From Desulfatibacillum sp. (GTDB taxonomy: Bacteria; Desulfobacterota; Desulfobacteria; Desulfobacterales; SpSt-501): a stretch of 64,000 bases of DNA. Shown here piece by piece: positions 10,243-19,219 of this stretch (position 1 is its first letter; each line of letters begins with the position of its first letter). The notes beneath the pieces are model-generated. The model did no database searches, was not told the origin of the DNA, and saw nothing but the letters and a program-made list of their open reading frames with translations. The stretch lies in contig DYEU01000031.1 in assembly GCA_020725555.1 (NCBI GenBank), positions 52,761 through 116,760 of the forward strand, read 5' to 3'. Both the position numbers and the translations under genes were made by a program.

Positions 10243-11763
10243 ATGGGGAAAACCGCACGAACCGCCATTTCGCCGACGCGCAGCGAAGACTACCCGGAGT
10301 GGTACCAGCAGGTGATCAAGGCCTCGGACCTCGCCGAGCGCTCGCCGGTGCGCGGCTGCATGATCATCAAGCCCTGGGGCTACGCCCTGTGGGAGAACAT
10401 CATGCAGGCCATGGACGAGATGTTCAAGGCGACGGGGGTGAAAAACGCCTACTTCCCCCTCTTCATCCCGCTCAGTTTCCTGCAGAAGGAAGCCGACCAC
10501 GTGGAGGGCTTCGCCAAGGAGTGCGCCGTCGTCACCCACCATCGCCTGGAAAAGGACGGCGGCGGCCAGCTCGTCCCCGCCGGGCGGCTCACCGAGCCGC
10601 TCGTCGTCCGGCCGACCTCGGAGACGATCATCGCCGACGCCTTCAGCCGGTGGATCGCGAGTTACCGGGACCTTCCCGTGCTGATCAACCAGTGGGGCAA
10701 CGTGGTCCGCTGGGAGATGCGCACGCGCATCTTTTTGCGGACCAGCGAGTTCCTCTGGCAGGAGGGGCACACGGCGCACGCCACGGCCGAGGAGGCCTGG
10801 GAGCGGACGGTGATGATGCTCGACATCTACGCCCGGCTCGCCGAGGAGATCCTGGCCATGCCCGTGCTCAAGGGGCGCAAGACCGCGGCCGAGCGGTTCC
10901 CCGGCGCGGTCGACACCCTGTGCATCGAGGCGATGATGCAGGACCGCAAGGCGCTGCAGGCGGGGACTTCCCACTTCCTGGGCCAGAACTTCGCCCGCGC
11001 GGCGGAGATCCGCTTCCACACCGCCGAGGAGAAGGAGGAGTACGTCTGGACCACCTCGTGGGGGGCCTCGACGCGCCTGATCGGCGGCGTGATCATGACC
11101 CACGGCGACGACGACGGCATCGTCCTGCCGCCGCGGGTGGCCTCGGCGCACGTCGCGCTCCTGCCGATCGTCAAGGGCGACGCCGAGCGCGCCGCCGTCG
11201 CCGAGGCGGTCGAGACCCTCGCCCGGGAGCTCGGTGCGCTGCGCTACCACGGCCGACCGGTCACGGTCGAGATCGACCGGCGGGACATCGGCGGGGCGCG
11301 CGTCTGGGAGTGGATCAAGAAGGGGATCCCGCTGCGCGCGGAGATCGGGATGCGCGAGGTGCGCGACCGCACGGTCTTCCTGGGGCGCCGGGACCGGCCG
11401 CACAGCGAGCGGGCCGCGCTGCCCCGGGAGGAGTTCGTCGCGCGGCTGCCCGCGATCCTCGACGAGATCCAGCAGACGCTCTACGACCGGGCGCTCGCCT
11501 ACCGCGAGGCCCACACGCGCCCCTTCGACCGCTGGGAGGAGTTCGTCGCCTTCTTCACCCCCCGCAACGAGGAAAAACCGGAAATCCACGGCGGGTTCGC
11601 GACGGCCCCCTGGTGCGGGGACGGTGCCTGCGAGGCGCGGATCAAGGAGGCGCTGACGGTCAGCATCCGCTGCCTGCCCTTCGAGGAGGAGGACGCCCCC
11701 GGGCCCTGCCTCGCCTGCGGCCGACCCGGCCGCCACCGGGCCGTCTTCGCCAAGGCCTATTGA
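10243..11763 (+). CDS. proS: prolyl-tRNA synthetase (short archaeal/eukaryote-like type without the INS editing domain)
   Basis: DYPEWYQQVIKASDLAE...VRGCMIIKPWGYALWE N-terminus, class II motifs, and a C-terminal Cys cluster ending in Y. ATG 10243 is in frame with the track ORF. Confidence 0.9.
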   Translation: MGKTARTAISPTRSEDYPEWYQQVIKASDLAERSPVRGCMIIKPWGYALWENIMQAMDEMFKATGVKNAYFPLFIPLSFLQKEADHVEGFAKECAVVTHHRLEKDGGGQLVPAGRLTEPLVVRPTSETIIADAFSRWIASYRDLPVLINQWGNVVRWEMRTRIFLRTSEFLWQEGHTAHATAEEAWERTVMMLDIYARLAEEILAMPVLKGRKTAAERFPGAVDTLCIEAMMQDRKALQAGTSHFLGQNFARAAEIRFHTAEEKEEYVWTTSWGASTRLIGGVIMTHGDDDGIVLPPRVASAHVALLPIVKGDAERAAVAEAVETLARELGALRYHGRPVTVEIDRRDIGGARVWEWIKKGIPLRAEIGMREVRDRTVFLGRRDRPHSERAALPREEFVARLPAILDEIQQTLYDRALAYREAHTRPFDRWEEFVAFFTPRNEEKPEIHGGFATAPWCGDGACEARIKEALTVSIRCLPFEEEDAPGPCLACGRPGRHRAVFAKAY

Positions 11764-11804
11764 CCCCCGCCGCCCGGCGGGGTGGGGCGGGATGACGACG
11801 GGTC

Positions 11805-13946
11805 ATGATCCGGATCAACCAGATCCTCGACAAGATCGCCGCCTACGCGCCGGAGTCGCGCCTGGACCTCGTCGAGCGCGCTTACGTCTACTCGGCGCGC
11901 GTCCATGCCGGGCAGGTGCGGCTCTCGGGCGAGCCCTACCTGCTCCACCCCCTCGAGGTCGCCCACATCCTGGCCGAGATGCGCCTGGACGTCGTCAGCG
12001 TCGCCGCGGGGCTGCTTCACGACGTGCTCGAGGACACCGGGGCCCGGCCGGAGGAGCTGCGCGAGCTCTTCGGGGAGGAGGTGCTCGAGCTGGTCTCGGG
12101 GGTGACCAAGCTCAGCCTGCTGCCCGCCGTCTCCTCGCGGGAGCGCCAGGCCGAGAACATCCGCAAGATGTTTCTCGCCATGGCGCGCGACATCCGGGTG
12201 ATCCTCATCAAGCTCGCCGACCGGGTGCACAACATGCGCACCCTGCGCTTCCATTCCCCGGACAAGCGGCGGGAGATCGCCCAGGAGACGATGGACATCT
12301 ACGCGCCCATCGCCGGCCGGCTGGGCATCTACTGGATCAAGACCGAGCTCGAGGAAAACGCCTTCAAGTACCTCCACCCGGAGGAATACGCCCAGATCGA
12401 GCAGTGGGTGGCCACCTCGCGGGCGGAGCGCGAGGCCTACATCGAGAAGATGCGCGGGATCCTCCACCGCCGGCTGCAGGAAATGAACCTGAACGCCGAG
12501 GTGCTCGGCCGCAGCAAGAACTTCTACAGCATCTACTCGAAGATGCGGAAGCAGAACCTCCGCTTCGACCAGATCTACGACCTCACCGCCTTCCGGATCA
12601 TCCTGGACACGGTGCCCCAGTGCTACGAGGCCCTGGGGCTGATCCACTCCATGTGGAAGCCGATCGATTTCAAGTTCAAGGACTACATCGGCCGGCCCAA
12701 GCCGAACATGTACCAGTCGCTGCACACCACGGTCATCGGGCCGGAGGGCGAGCGGATCGAGATCCAGATCCGGACCTGGGAGATGGACCGCATCGCCAAG
12801 TCCGGCATCGCCGCCCACTGGAGCTACAAGGAAGGCCAGCGCTTCGACGAGGATCTGCTCAAGAAACTCGCCTGGATCCAGGACATCGTCGAAAACCAGG
12901 AGCAATTCCGCGATGCGGGCGAATTCCTGGAAAACGTGCGCATCGACCTCTTTCCCGACGAGGTCTACGTCTTCACCCCGCGCGGGGACATCCGCGCCCT
13001 GCCCAAGGGGTCGACCCCGGTCGATTTCGCCTACCTGATCCACACCGAGGTCGGCCACCGCTGCGCCGGCGCCCGGGTGAACGGCCAGATGGTGAGCCTC
13101 ACCTACGAGCTGCAGACGGGCGACATCGTCGAGATCCTCACCGCCCACCACCACCATCCCAGCAAGGACTGGCTCAAGTTCGTCCGCACGATCAAGGCGC
13201 GCTCCAAGATCCGGCAATGGATCAAGACCCAGGAGCGCGAGCGCAGCATCAGCCTCGGCCGGGAGATGCTGGAGAAGGCCTTCCGCAAGGAGCGGCTCAA
13301 TTTCGCGCAGCTCTTCCGCTCGGAGAAGATGGAGGCCGCGGCCGCCGCCCTGGGGTTCAAGACCCTCGACGACCTCGTCGCCGCCGTGGGCTACGGCAAG
13401 ATCACCCCCCTGCAGGTGGTGCGGCCGTTTCTCGCCGCCCCCCCCGCCGAGAGCGACCAGGGCTCCATCCTCGGCAAGCTGATGAGCCGCGTGCGGCGGC
13501 GCAAGCCGCGCGGCGGGGTGCTCGTGCGCGGCATGGAGGACATCCTGATCAAGTTCGGCCGCTGCTGCCAGCCGGTGCCCGGGGACCCGATCATCGGCTA
13601 CATCACCCAGGGCTACGGCGTGACCGTGCACCGGGCGGGCTGCGTCAACGCCCTGCGCAGCAACCCGGAGCGGCAGATCGAGGTCGAATGGAACGTGGAG
13701 ACCGCGGACACCTTCCCGGTGAAGATCCAGGTGATCTCCACCGACCGCCTGGGGCTGCTCGCCGATCTCGTGGGCAACATCAGCAAGCTGGGTGCCAACA
13801 TCCTGCACGCCGCCTCCGACACCAAGGAGAACCGGCTGGTGGAAAGCCGCTTCACCATCAGTGTCCATGACACGGACCACCTCGAGCGCATTCTCGGGGC
13901 GGTGCGTCGGGTCAAGCAGGTGCAGGACGCCTGGCGGGTCTCGTGA
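11805..13946 (+). CDS. relA: bifunctional (p)ppGpp synthetase/hydrolase (RSH family)
   Basis: HD hydrolase motif (HPLEVA, HDVLEDT), a synthetase domain (YQSLHTTV), and TGS and ACT C-terminal domains. Confidence 0.9.
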   Translation: MIRINQILDKIAAYAPESRLDLVERAYVYSARVHAGQVRLSGEPYLLHPLEVAHILAEMRLDVVSVAAGLLHDVLEDTGARPEELRELFGEEVLELVSGVTKLSLLPAVSSRERQAENIRKMFLAMARDIRVILIKLADRVHNMRTLRFHSPDKRREIAQETMDIYAPIAGRLGIYWIKTELEENAFKYLHPEEYAQIEQWVATSRAEREAYIEKMRGILHRRLQEMNLNAEVLGRSKNFYSIYSKMRKQNLRFDQIYDLTAFRIILDTVPQCYEALGLIHSMWKPIDFKFKDYIGRPKPNMYQSLHTTVIGPEGERIEIQIRTWEMDRIAKSGIAAHWSYKEGQRFDEDLLKKLAWIQDIVENQEQFRDAGEFLENVRIDLFPDEVYVFTPRGDIRALPKGSTPVDFAYLIHTEVGHRCAGARVNGQMVSLTYELQTGDIVEILTAHHHHPSKDWLKFVRTIKARSKIRQWIKTQERERSISLGREMLEKAFRKERLNFAQLFRSEKMEAAAAALGFKTLDDLVAAVGYGKITPLQVVRPFLAAPPAESDQGSILGKLMSRVRRRKPRGGVLVRGMEDILIKFGRCCQPVPGDPIIGYITQGYGVTVHRAGCVNALRSNPERQIEVEWNVETADTFPVKIQVISTDRLGLLADLVGNISKLGANILHAASDTKENRLVESRFTISVHDTDHLERILGAVRRVKQVQDAWRVS

Positions 13947-13958
13947 GGGGCGGGGTCC

Positions 13959-14150
13959 TCAGGGGGCTTTCTGGACGCGGCCGGCCTTCAGGCAGGCGGT
14001 GCACACGGTGATCTTGCGGACCCCGGCGTCGGTCTGAGCGCGCACGCGCTGCAGGTTGGGTTCGAAACGGCGCTTGGTCACGTTGTGGGCATGGCTGATG
14101 TTGCTGCCCACGATGGGCTTCTTGCCGCAGATCGCGCATTGCTTGGCCAT
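13959..14150 (-). CDS. rpmB: 50S ribosomal protein L28
   Basis: [34 protein letters not shown]. The start is trimmed to the ATG at 14148-14150. Confidence 0.9.
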   Translation of the reverse strand: MAKQCAICGKKPIVGSNISHAHNVTKRRFEPNLQRVRAQTDAGVRKITVCTACLKAGRVQKAP

Positions 14151-14199
14151 CGGTGCCTTCCCTTCGCAAACACGTCGCTCAACGAAACGCAAACCCCTT

Positions 14200-14227
14200 T
14201 ATTTACACGATTCGGGGAGAAATGCAA
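14200..14227 (-). promoter_or_regulatory. candidate sigma-70 promoter of rpmB
   Basis: On the minus strand, TTGCAT-N16-TAAATA lies about 50 nt upstream of the rpmB ATG. Confidence 0.4.
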
Positions 14228-14236
14228 TAGCTTCGG

Positions 14237-14246
14237 CCCCCCCCCC
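14237..14246. repeat. homopolymeric C10 (G10 on the minus strand) tract
   Basis: Counted directly. Lies between the bamD stop (14253) and the rpmB -35 element. Confidence 0.9.
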
Positions 14247-14252
14247 GGGGCG

Positions 14253-15116
14253 TCAGCCGTTTTCGGGGGCGAAGGGGGCGGGCGTCGGCGAGGGGGCCCA
14301 GGCGGGCTCGGCGGCCCGGGAAGCGGTCTCTTCCAGACGGCTTTCGCACTGGCGGATCAGATCGAGCGCCGGCTGGTGGTAGCCGACGTCGGGATAGCGG
14401 CTGACGACGGCGCGGAACCGTTCCAGAGCGGCCCGGTAGCGCCCCGCTTTGAAGTAGAAACGCCCGATCCCGAACTCGTGGGCGGCGAGCGTCTTCTGGC
14501 AGGCGATGATGTGGTCGGCCGCCCGCCGCGCCCAGGGATCGCCGGGGTACTGCCGCTGCAGGCGCTCGAAGGCTTCCAGGGCCTTGCGCGCCGGGGTCGG
14601 GTCCCGGTCGGGGGTCGAGATGCGGTCGAAGTGGCAGCGCCCGATCTGGTAGATCACGTAGGGGACGGCCTCGTTGCGGGGATGGAGTTTTTCGAATTCC
14701 TCGTAGGCGAAGAGGGCGTCCTCGTACTGCTCGAGGCGGTAGTGGGCGTCGCCGAGCTTGAGCTCGGCCAAGATGGCGTAGCGGGAGAAGGGGTAGATGT
14801 CCTTGAGCTTCTGGAAGTGTTCCGCGGCCTTGCGGTAGTTGCCGCCGTCGAAGGCCTCCATGCCGCGCAGGACGAGCTCCTCGGCGCTCAGCGACTCGTC
14901 GCCCCCGCCGAAGAGGCCCGTGACGCTTTTCTTGAGGTCGGAGGCGGTTTCCCGGATCGCCGTGCACCCCGCGGGGAGCAGCAGCAGGCCGAGCAGGATC
15001 CCGCTCAGCGCCCGGAAAAGAAGCGGCCGCCACCGCCCCTTGCCGGATGCCGCGCTTGGGCGGAAGCCGGGATGGCTGCCTCGGGGATCAGAGCAGTTTC
15101 TGGAGGGCTTCTTCAA
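14253..15116 (-). CDS. bamD: outer membrane protein assembly factor BamD (TPR lipoprotein)
   Basis: LLLLPAGC lipobox and the YfiO/BamD-like TPR pattern. The only in-frame start is TTG at 15114-15116, inside the trxA 3-prime end, so the start is uncertain. Confidence 0.7.
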   Translation of the reverse strand: MKKPSRNCSDPRGSHPGFRPSAASGKGRWRPLLFRALSGILLGLLLLPAGCTAIRETASDLKKSVTGLFGGGDESLSAEELVLRGMEAFDGGNYRKAAEHFQKLKDIYPFSRYAILAELKLGDAHYRLEQYEDALFAYEEFEKLHPRNEAVPYVIYQIGRCHFDRISTPDRDPTPARKALEAFERLQRQYPGDPWARRAADHIIACQKTLAAHEFGIGRFYFKAGRYRAALERFRAVVSRYPDVGYHQPALDLIRQCESRLEETASRAAEPAWAPSPTPAPFAPENG

Positions 15117-15414
15117 GCTTGGCCTTGGCGACCATGCCCGTGATCTGGTTGACCACGTTTCCGTTTTTGAAGAAGATCAGGGTGGGGATGGCCTTGATGC
15201 CGAACTTGCCGGGGGTCACCGGGTTGTTGTCCACGTTGCACTTGGCGAACTTGATCTTGCCCGCGTAATGCTTGGCCAGATCCTCGACCACGGGCGCGAT
15301 CGCCTTGCACGGCCCGCACCAGGGGGCCCAGAAGTCGACCAGCACGGGCTTTTCGCTTTTCAGGACCTCGGCCTCGAAAGTGCCGTCCTCGAGTTCCAGA
15401 ATGCCGTCCGCCAT
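15088..15414 (-). CDS. trxA: thioredoxin
   Basis: 108 aa with the WAPWCGPCK active site. Confidence 0.92.
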   Translation of the reverse strand: MADGILELEDGTFEAEVLKSEKPVLVDFWAPWCGPCKAIAPVVEDLAKHYAGKIKFAKCNVDNNPVTPGKFGIKAIPTLIFFKNGNVVNQITGMVAKAKLEEALQKLL

Positions 15415-15449
15415 GGGGATGATTCCTTTCTTGAAACCAAATTGACGGG

Positions 15450-15478
15450 ATAATAGAGTCTCCCCCCAGGGATGTCAA
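15450..15478 (-). promoter_or_regulatory. candidate sigma-70 promoter of trxA
   Basis: On the minus strand, TTGACA-N17-TATTAT lies about 35 nt upstream of the trxA ATG, in an AT-rich gap. Confidence 0.5.
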
Positions 15479-15535
15479 CCAACCGGGCCGCCGGGCGCGG
15501 CCGGGGGGACGCGGGGAAAGAACGGGAGGCCGGCC

Positions 15536-16363
15536 ATGCCCCACCCTCAACTGCTCCGGGTCGGGGTCCTCGTCTCCGGCGGGGGCACCAACCTGCAGGC
15601 GATCCTGGACGCCGTGCGTGAAGGACGGCTGCCCGCGCGGGTCGTCTTCGTCGGCGCCGACAACGCGGAGGCGAAAGGGCTGGAGCGCGCCCGCGCCAGC
15701 GGCGTGCCGACCTTCGTCGTCCCCTACCGGGAGATCCTGGCGCGTTTCGCCGCGGACCCGCCGCCCCCGCCGCCGCCCGATTTTTCCCTCGCCGCGGCGC
15801 GCGCCCGCCAACGGCTGCGGCCGGCTGCGGGGGATCCGCGCCTGGACCGGTTTCTCGCCTCCCGGGCCGCGGCCGAGGCGGAGCTGCTGGCCGCCATGCG
15901 GCCCTACCCCTTCGACCTGCTCGTCCTGGCCGGGTTCATGCGCGTGCTCACCCCCTACTTCATCGACCGCGTGAACGCCGGGGCCGACCCGCCGCGCATC
16001 ATGAACATCCACCCCGCGCTACTGCCCGCCTTCCCGGGGACGGACGGCTACGGCGACACCTTTCGCTACGGCTGCAAGGTGGCGGGGTGCACCGTGCATT
16101 TCGTCGATTACGGCGAGGACACCGGGCCGATCATCGGCCAGCGGGCCTTTCCCATCGAGGAGGGGGACACGCTCGAGGCGGTGCGCCGCAAGGGGCTCGA
16201 GCACGAGTGGCGGCTCTACCCCGAGTGCATCCGGCTCTACGCCGAGGGCCGCCTGCGCACGGAACGCCGCGTCTACGAGCTCCCCGGCGGCCGGCGCCTG
16301 ACGCGCACCGTGGTGGTCATCGTCCCGGGGCCCGCTATCCCGCCGGGCGGCCCTCAGAGGTAG
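15536..16363 (+). CDS. purN: phosphoribosylglycinamide formyltransferase with an internal insertion and a C-terminal extension
   Basis: VLVSGGGTNLQAI, LAGFMRVL and NIHPALLPAFPG motifs. It is 275 aa, longer than I expect for PurN. Confidence 0.85.
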   Translation: MPHPQLLRVGVLVSGGGTNLQAILDAVREGRLPARVVFVGADNAEAKGLERARASGVPTFVVPYREILARFAADPPPPPPPDFSLAAARARQRLRPAAGDPRLDRFLASRAAAEAELLAAMRPYPFDLLVLAGFMRVLTPYFIDRVNAGADPPRIMNIHPALLPAFPGTDGYGDTFRYGCKVAGCTVHFVDYGEDTGPIIGQRAFPIEEGDTLEAVRRKGLEHEWRLYPECIRLYAEGRLRTERRVYELPGGRRLTRTVVVIVPGPAIPPGGPQR

Positions 16364-17127
16364 GTGCGCGCCCCGAGGTAGCGCCGGCGGTAGTAGTCGT
16401 CCTCGAGGGAATCGACCCGGATGCGGCTTCCCGGCCGCGGCGCGTGCAGGAAGTCGTCCTTGCCGAGATAGATCCCCACGTGCGACACCCGGGAGCCCCC
16501 GCGGGTCGCGAAGAAGACGAGATCGCCGCGCCGGAGCTCGCCCGGCTTGAGGGGCCGGCCGGCCTGCCACTGTTCCCCGGAGGTGCGCGGCAGCTCGAGG
16601 CCGTTGAGGCCGTAGACCACGCGCGTCAGCCCGCTGCAATCGAACCCGCTGACGGTGGAGTCCCCGCCCCAGCGGTAGGGAACGCCGATGAAGCGCTGGG
16701 CGGTGCGGATCAGTTCGGTGCGGAACTGCTCCTCGCTCAGCGCGCCGTCGCGGCCGAGGGGGTAGTCCTCGGGGGCGACGATGAAAAAGTCCTCGATCAG
16801 CCGCTTGCGCTGCAGCCGGCCGGCCGCGGCGACGGCGTCCTCGCGGGAGGGGAAGTTCCCGATGCGCACCTTGTAGAAGCCGGAGTCGTCGATGAAATGG
16901 TAGGCCGCGAGCCGCTCGGCGAGCAGCCGCTCGGTCAAGCGCACGGCGTTGTCGATGTGCAGGAAGGCGCCCACCTGGATGGTGTAGCGCAGGGCCGGAA
17001 GCGCGGGCCGCGGCCGGGGGGCGGGGGCCTCGGGCCGCGAAGGGGCCACACCCGCACACCCGGCGAGGAGCCAGAGCAGCGCCGCGGCGAGCGCCGCGGC
17101 CGGCCGTCGGCCGGGCCGGTGCGCCAT
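16354..17127 (-). CDS. lipoprotein with SPOR and NlpC/P60 peptidoglycan hydrolase domains
   Basis: LWLLAGC lipobox, a SPOR-like YTIQVGAF...YKVRIGNF segment, and an NlpC/P60 segment with DCSGL and SHVGIY. The start is trimmed to the ATG at 17125-17127. Confidence 0.8.
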   Translation of the reverse strand: MAHRPGRRPAAALAAALLWLLAGCAGVAPSRPEAPAPRPRPALPALRYTIQVGAFLHIDNAVRLTERLLAERLAAYHFIDDSGFYKVRIGNFPSREDAVAAAGRLQRKRLIEDFFIVAPEDYPLGRDGALSEEQFRTELIRTAQRFIGVPYRWGGDSTVSGFDCSGLTRVVYGLNGLELPRTSGEQWQAGRPLKPGELRRGDLVFFATRGGSRVSHVGIYLGKDDFLHAPRPGSRIRVDSLEDDYYRRRYLGARTYL

Positions 17128-18305
17128 CAGCCGGACTCCAGCAGCAGGCCCATGAGCAGGGGAAAGGCGATCATCGTCCCCATCGCCGCGCCGAGGTTCG
17201 TGAAGACGACGACCAGCAGGATGCGGGTCACCCGGTTGCGCCAGAAGCCGCGCACGGAGAGGATGTCCTCGGGGAGGCGTTCCAGGTCCCGCACGCGCGG
17301 CCGGCGCGAGAAGGCCTCGACGAACCCCGAAACCCAGCCGGCGGCGACCAGCGGGTGCAACGTCGTCACCGGTGCCGCGACCGCCGCGGAGAGGATGGCC
17401 GCCGGGTGCGCGAGCGCCAGGGCGGCCCCCAGCCCGGCGAGCAGGCCCGTGCTCAGGCCCCAGAGCGTGACCATGTCCGCCCCGGCCTTTCCGCCGCCGA
17501 ACAGGAAGCCCGCGGCGAAGAGGACGCCGAGGAGGACGGGAACGGACCACGAGAGGAGGCGGGCCCCCCGGCCCGCGGGCGGGACCGTCTCCAGCGCGGC
17601 GAGGTCCACCTCGTCCCGCCAGCAGGCGAGCATCCCCGGCAGGTGCCCGGCGCCCACCACGGCGAGGACCCGTCGGCCCGGAGACTGCCGGATGCGGGCC
17701 GCGAGCACCCGGTCGCGCTCGTCGAGCAGCACCCGTTTCAACGTGGGCACCGTGCGGCCGATCTCGGCCAGCAGGGTCTCGAGCACATCGCGGCGCTTCA
17801 TGCGCTCGATCTCCTCCGCGCCGACCTCGAGGGGGGAGAGGAGGGATCCGGCGAGCTCGCGCAGCAGGCGGAAACGCTCGCGGGTGCCCAGGGAGCGCCA
17901 CAGCCGGGTGAGGCTCACGCGGATGTCGCGGTCGACGAGCCGGATCTGCGCCCCGATCTCCTCGGCCGCCTCCGCCGCGCGCCGCATCTCCGCCCCCGGT
18001 TCCACGTCGAGCCGCCGGGCGATGCGCTTCTGGAAGGAGGCGAGCAGGAGGTTGACGAGCAACACGGCGGCCTTCTTCTCGCGCAGGACGCGCAGGACGT
18101 CCATCTCCCGCCAGCGTTCCTTCTGGCGCAGGGCCTGGTACCGCGCGGGGCAGAGCTCGAGGCAGACGGTGTCGGGCCTCCAGGCGGCGATCGTCTCCGC
18201 GACCAAGCGCGCGGATTCCTCCGACACGTGGGCCGTGCCCAGGAGCAGAAACTCGCGGTCGCCTTCCTGAAGGTGGTGGATCGGGCGCGGGTCGGGCTCG
18301 CTCAT
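17127..18305 (-). CDS. TraB/GumN family protein with a C-terminal membrane region
   Basis: [12 protein letters not shown] motif and a hydrophobic C-terminal third. The stop overlaps the downstream start as TGATG. Confidence 0.7.
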   Translation of the reverse strand: MSEPDPRPIHHLQEGDREFLLLGTAHVSEESARLVAETIAAWRPDTVCLELCPARYQALRQKERWREMDVLRVLREKKAAVLLVNLLLASFQKRIARRLDVEPGAEMRRAAEAAEEIGAQIRLVDRDIRVSLTRLWRSLGTRERFRLLRELAGSLLSPLEVGAEEIERMKRRDVLETLLAEIGRTVPTLKRVLLDERDRVLAARIRQSPGRRVLAVVGAGHLPGMLACWRDEVDLAALETVPPAGRGARLLSWSVPVLLGVLFAAGFLFGGGKAGADMVTLWGLSTGLLAGLGAALALAHPAAILSAAVAAPVTTLHPLVAAGWVSGFVEAFSRRPRVRDLERLPEDILSVRGFWRNRVTRILLVVVFTNLGAAMGTMIAFPLLMGLLLESG

Positions 18306-18335
18306 GCGGGTGCTTCCGTTTCCGCCCGCGGGAGC

Positions 18336-18363
18336 TTGCAAGCGGCGGGGATTCGGCTACAAT
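18336..18363 (+). promoter_or_regulatory. candidate sigma-70 promoter of the cbbQ-like operon
   Basis: TTGCAA-N16-TACAAT. The track ATG at 18362 lies inside the -10 hexamer. Confidence 0.4.
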
Positions 18364-18418
18364 GGCATTTTACGCCGGATCCCTCCGGATGACAAGCCGT
18401 GAACCCCGCACCGACGCG

Positions 18419-19219
18419 ATGAGCCCCATCGACGCCTACCGCATCCCGACCCCGCCCTTCTACCTGAGCCGCGGCTCCGAGGTCGAGGTCTTCGAGGCGG
18501 CCTGGGAGGCCCGGCTCCCCGTGCTGCTCAAGGGGCCGACGGGATGCGGCAAGACCCGCTTCGTCGAGTACATGGCCTACCGCCTCGGCCGCCCGCTCGT
18601 GACCGTCGCCTGCCACGAGGACCTCTTCGCCTCGGACCTGATCGGCCGCTACCTGCTGCGGCGCGACGAGACCGTCTGGGTCGACGGGCCGCTCACGCTC
18701 GCCGTGCGCCACGGCGCGCTCTGCTATCTCGACGAGGTGGTGGAGGCGCGCAAGGACACCACCGTCGTCATCCACCCCCTCACGGACAACCGCCGCCGCA
18801 TGGTGATCGACAAGACGGGGGAGCTCCTGCCCGCGCACCCCGATTTTCTGATGGTCGTCTCCTACAACCCCGGCTACCAGTCGGTGCTGAAGGACCTCAA
18901 GCCGAGCACGCGGCAGCGGTTCGTGGCCCTCGAGTTCGACTACCCCGAGCCGGAGCGGGAGGCGCGCATCGTGGCCGCCGAGGCCGGCATCCCGCCGGAG
19001 GCCGCCGCCCGGCTCGTCGCCCTGGCCGCCAAGATCCGCAACCTGCGCGAGCAGGGGCTCGCCGAGGGGGCGGGGACCCGGCTGCTCATCCACGCCGGCC
19101 TCCTGGTGCGCCGCGGGGTCGCGATGCGCGAGGCGGTCCGCACCGCGGTCTGCCTGCCGCTCACCGACGACGAACACCTCCGGGAAACCCTCGAGGACCT
19201 GATCGCCGATGTCCTGTGA
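18419..19219 (+). CDS. CbbQ/NirQ/NorQ/GpvN-family AAA+ ATPase
   Basis: [34 protein letters not shown] matches the Walker A region of the family. The start is set to ATG 18419, downstream of the putative promoter; 18389 is also possible. Confidence 0.85.
   Translation: MSPIDAYRIPTPPFYLSRGSEVEVFEAAWEARLPVLLKGPTGCGKTRFVEYMAYRLGRPLVTVACHEDLFASDLIGRYLLRRDETVWVDGPLTLAVRHGALCYLDEVVEARKDTTVVIHPLTDNRRRMVIDKTGELLPAHPDFLMVVSYNPGYQSVLKDLKPSTRQRFVALEFDYPEPEREARIVAAEAGIPPEAAARLVALAAKIRNLREQGLAEGAGTRLLIHAGLLVRRGVAMREAVRTAVCLPLTDDEHLRETLEDLIADVL

Noticed and set aside
11757-13880. A 707-aa minus-strand ORF and a 692-aa plus-strand off-frame ORF covering relA/spoT.
   Set aside because: The RSH protein in the 11805-13946 frame has HD, synthetase, TGS and ACT motifs. 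The alternatives are low-complexity and share its footprint.
18362-18418. The track start (ATG 18362) for the cbbQ-like gene.
   Set aside because: The ATG lies inside the TACAAT -10 hexamer of the best promoter candidate. Family similarity begins after ATG 18419.
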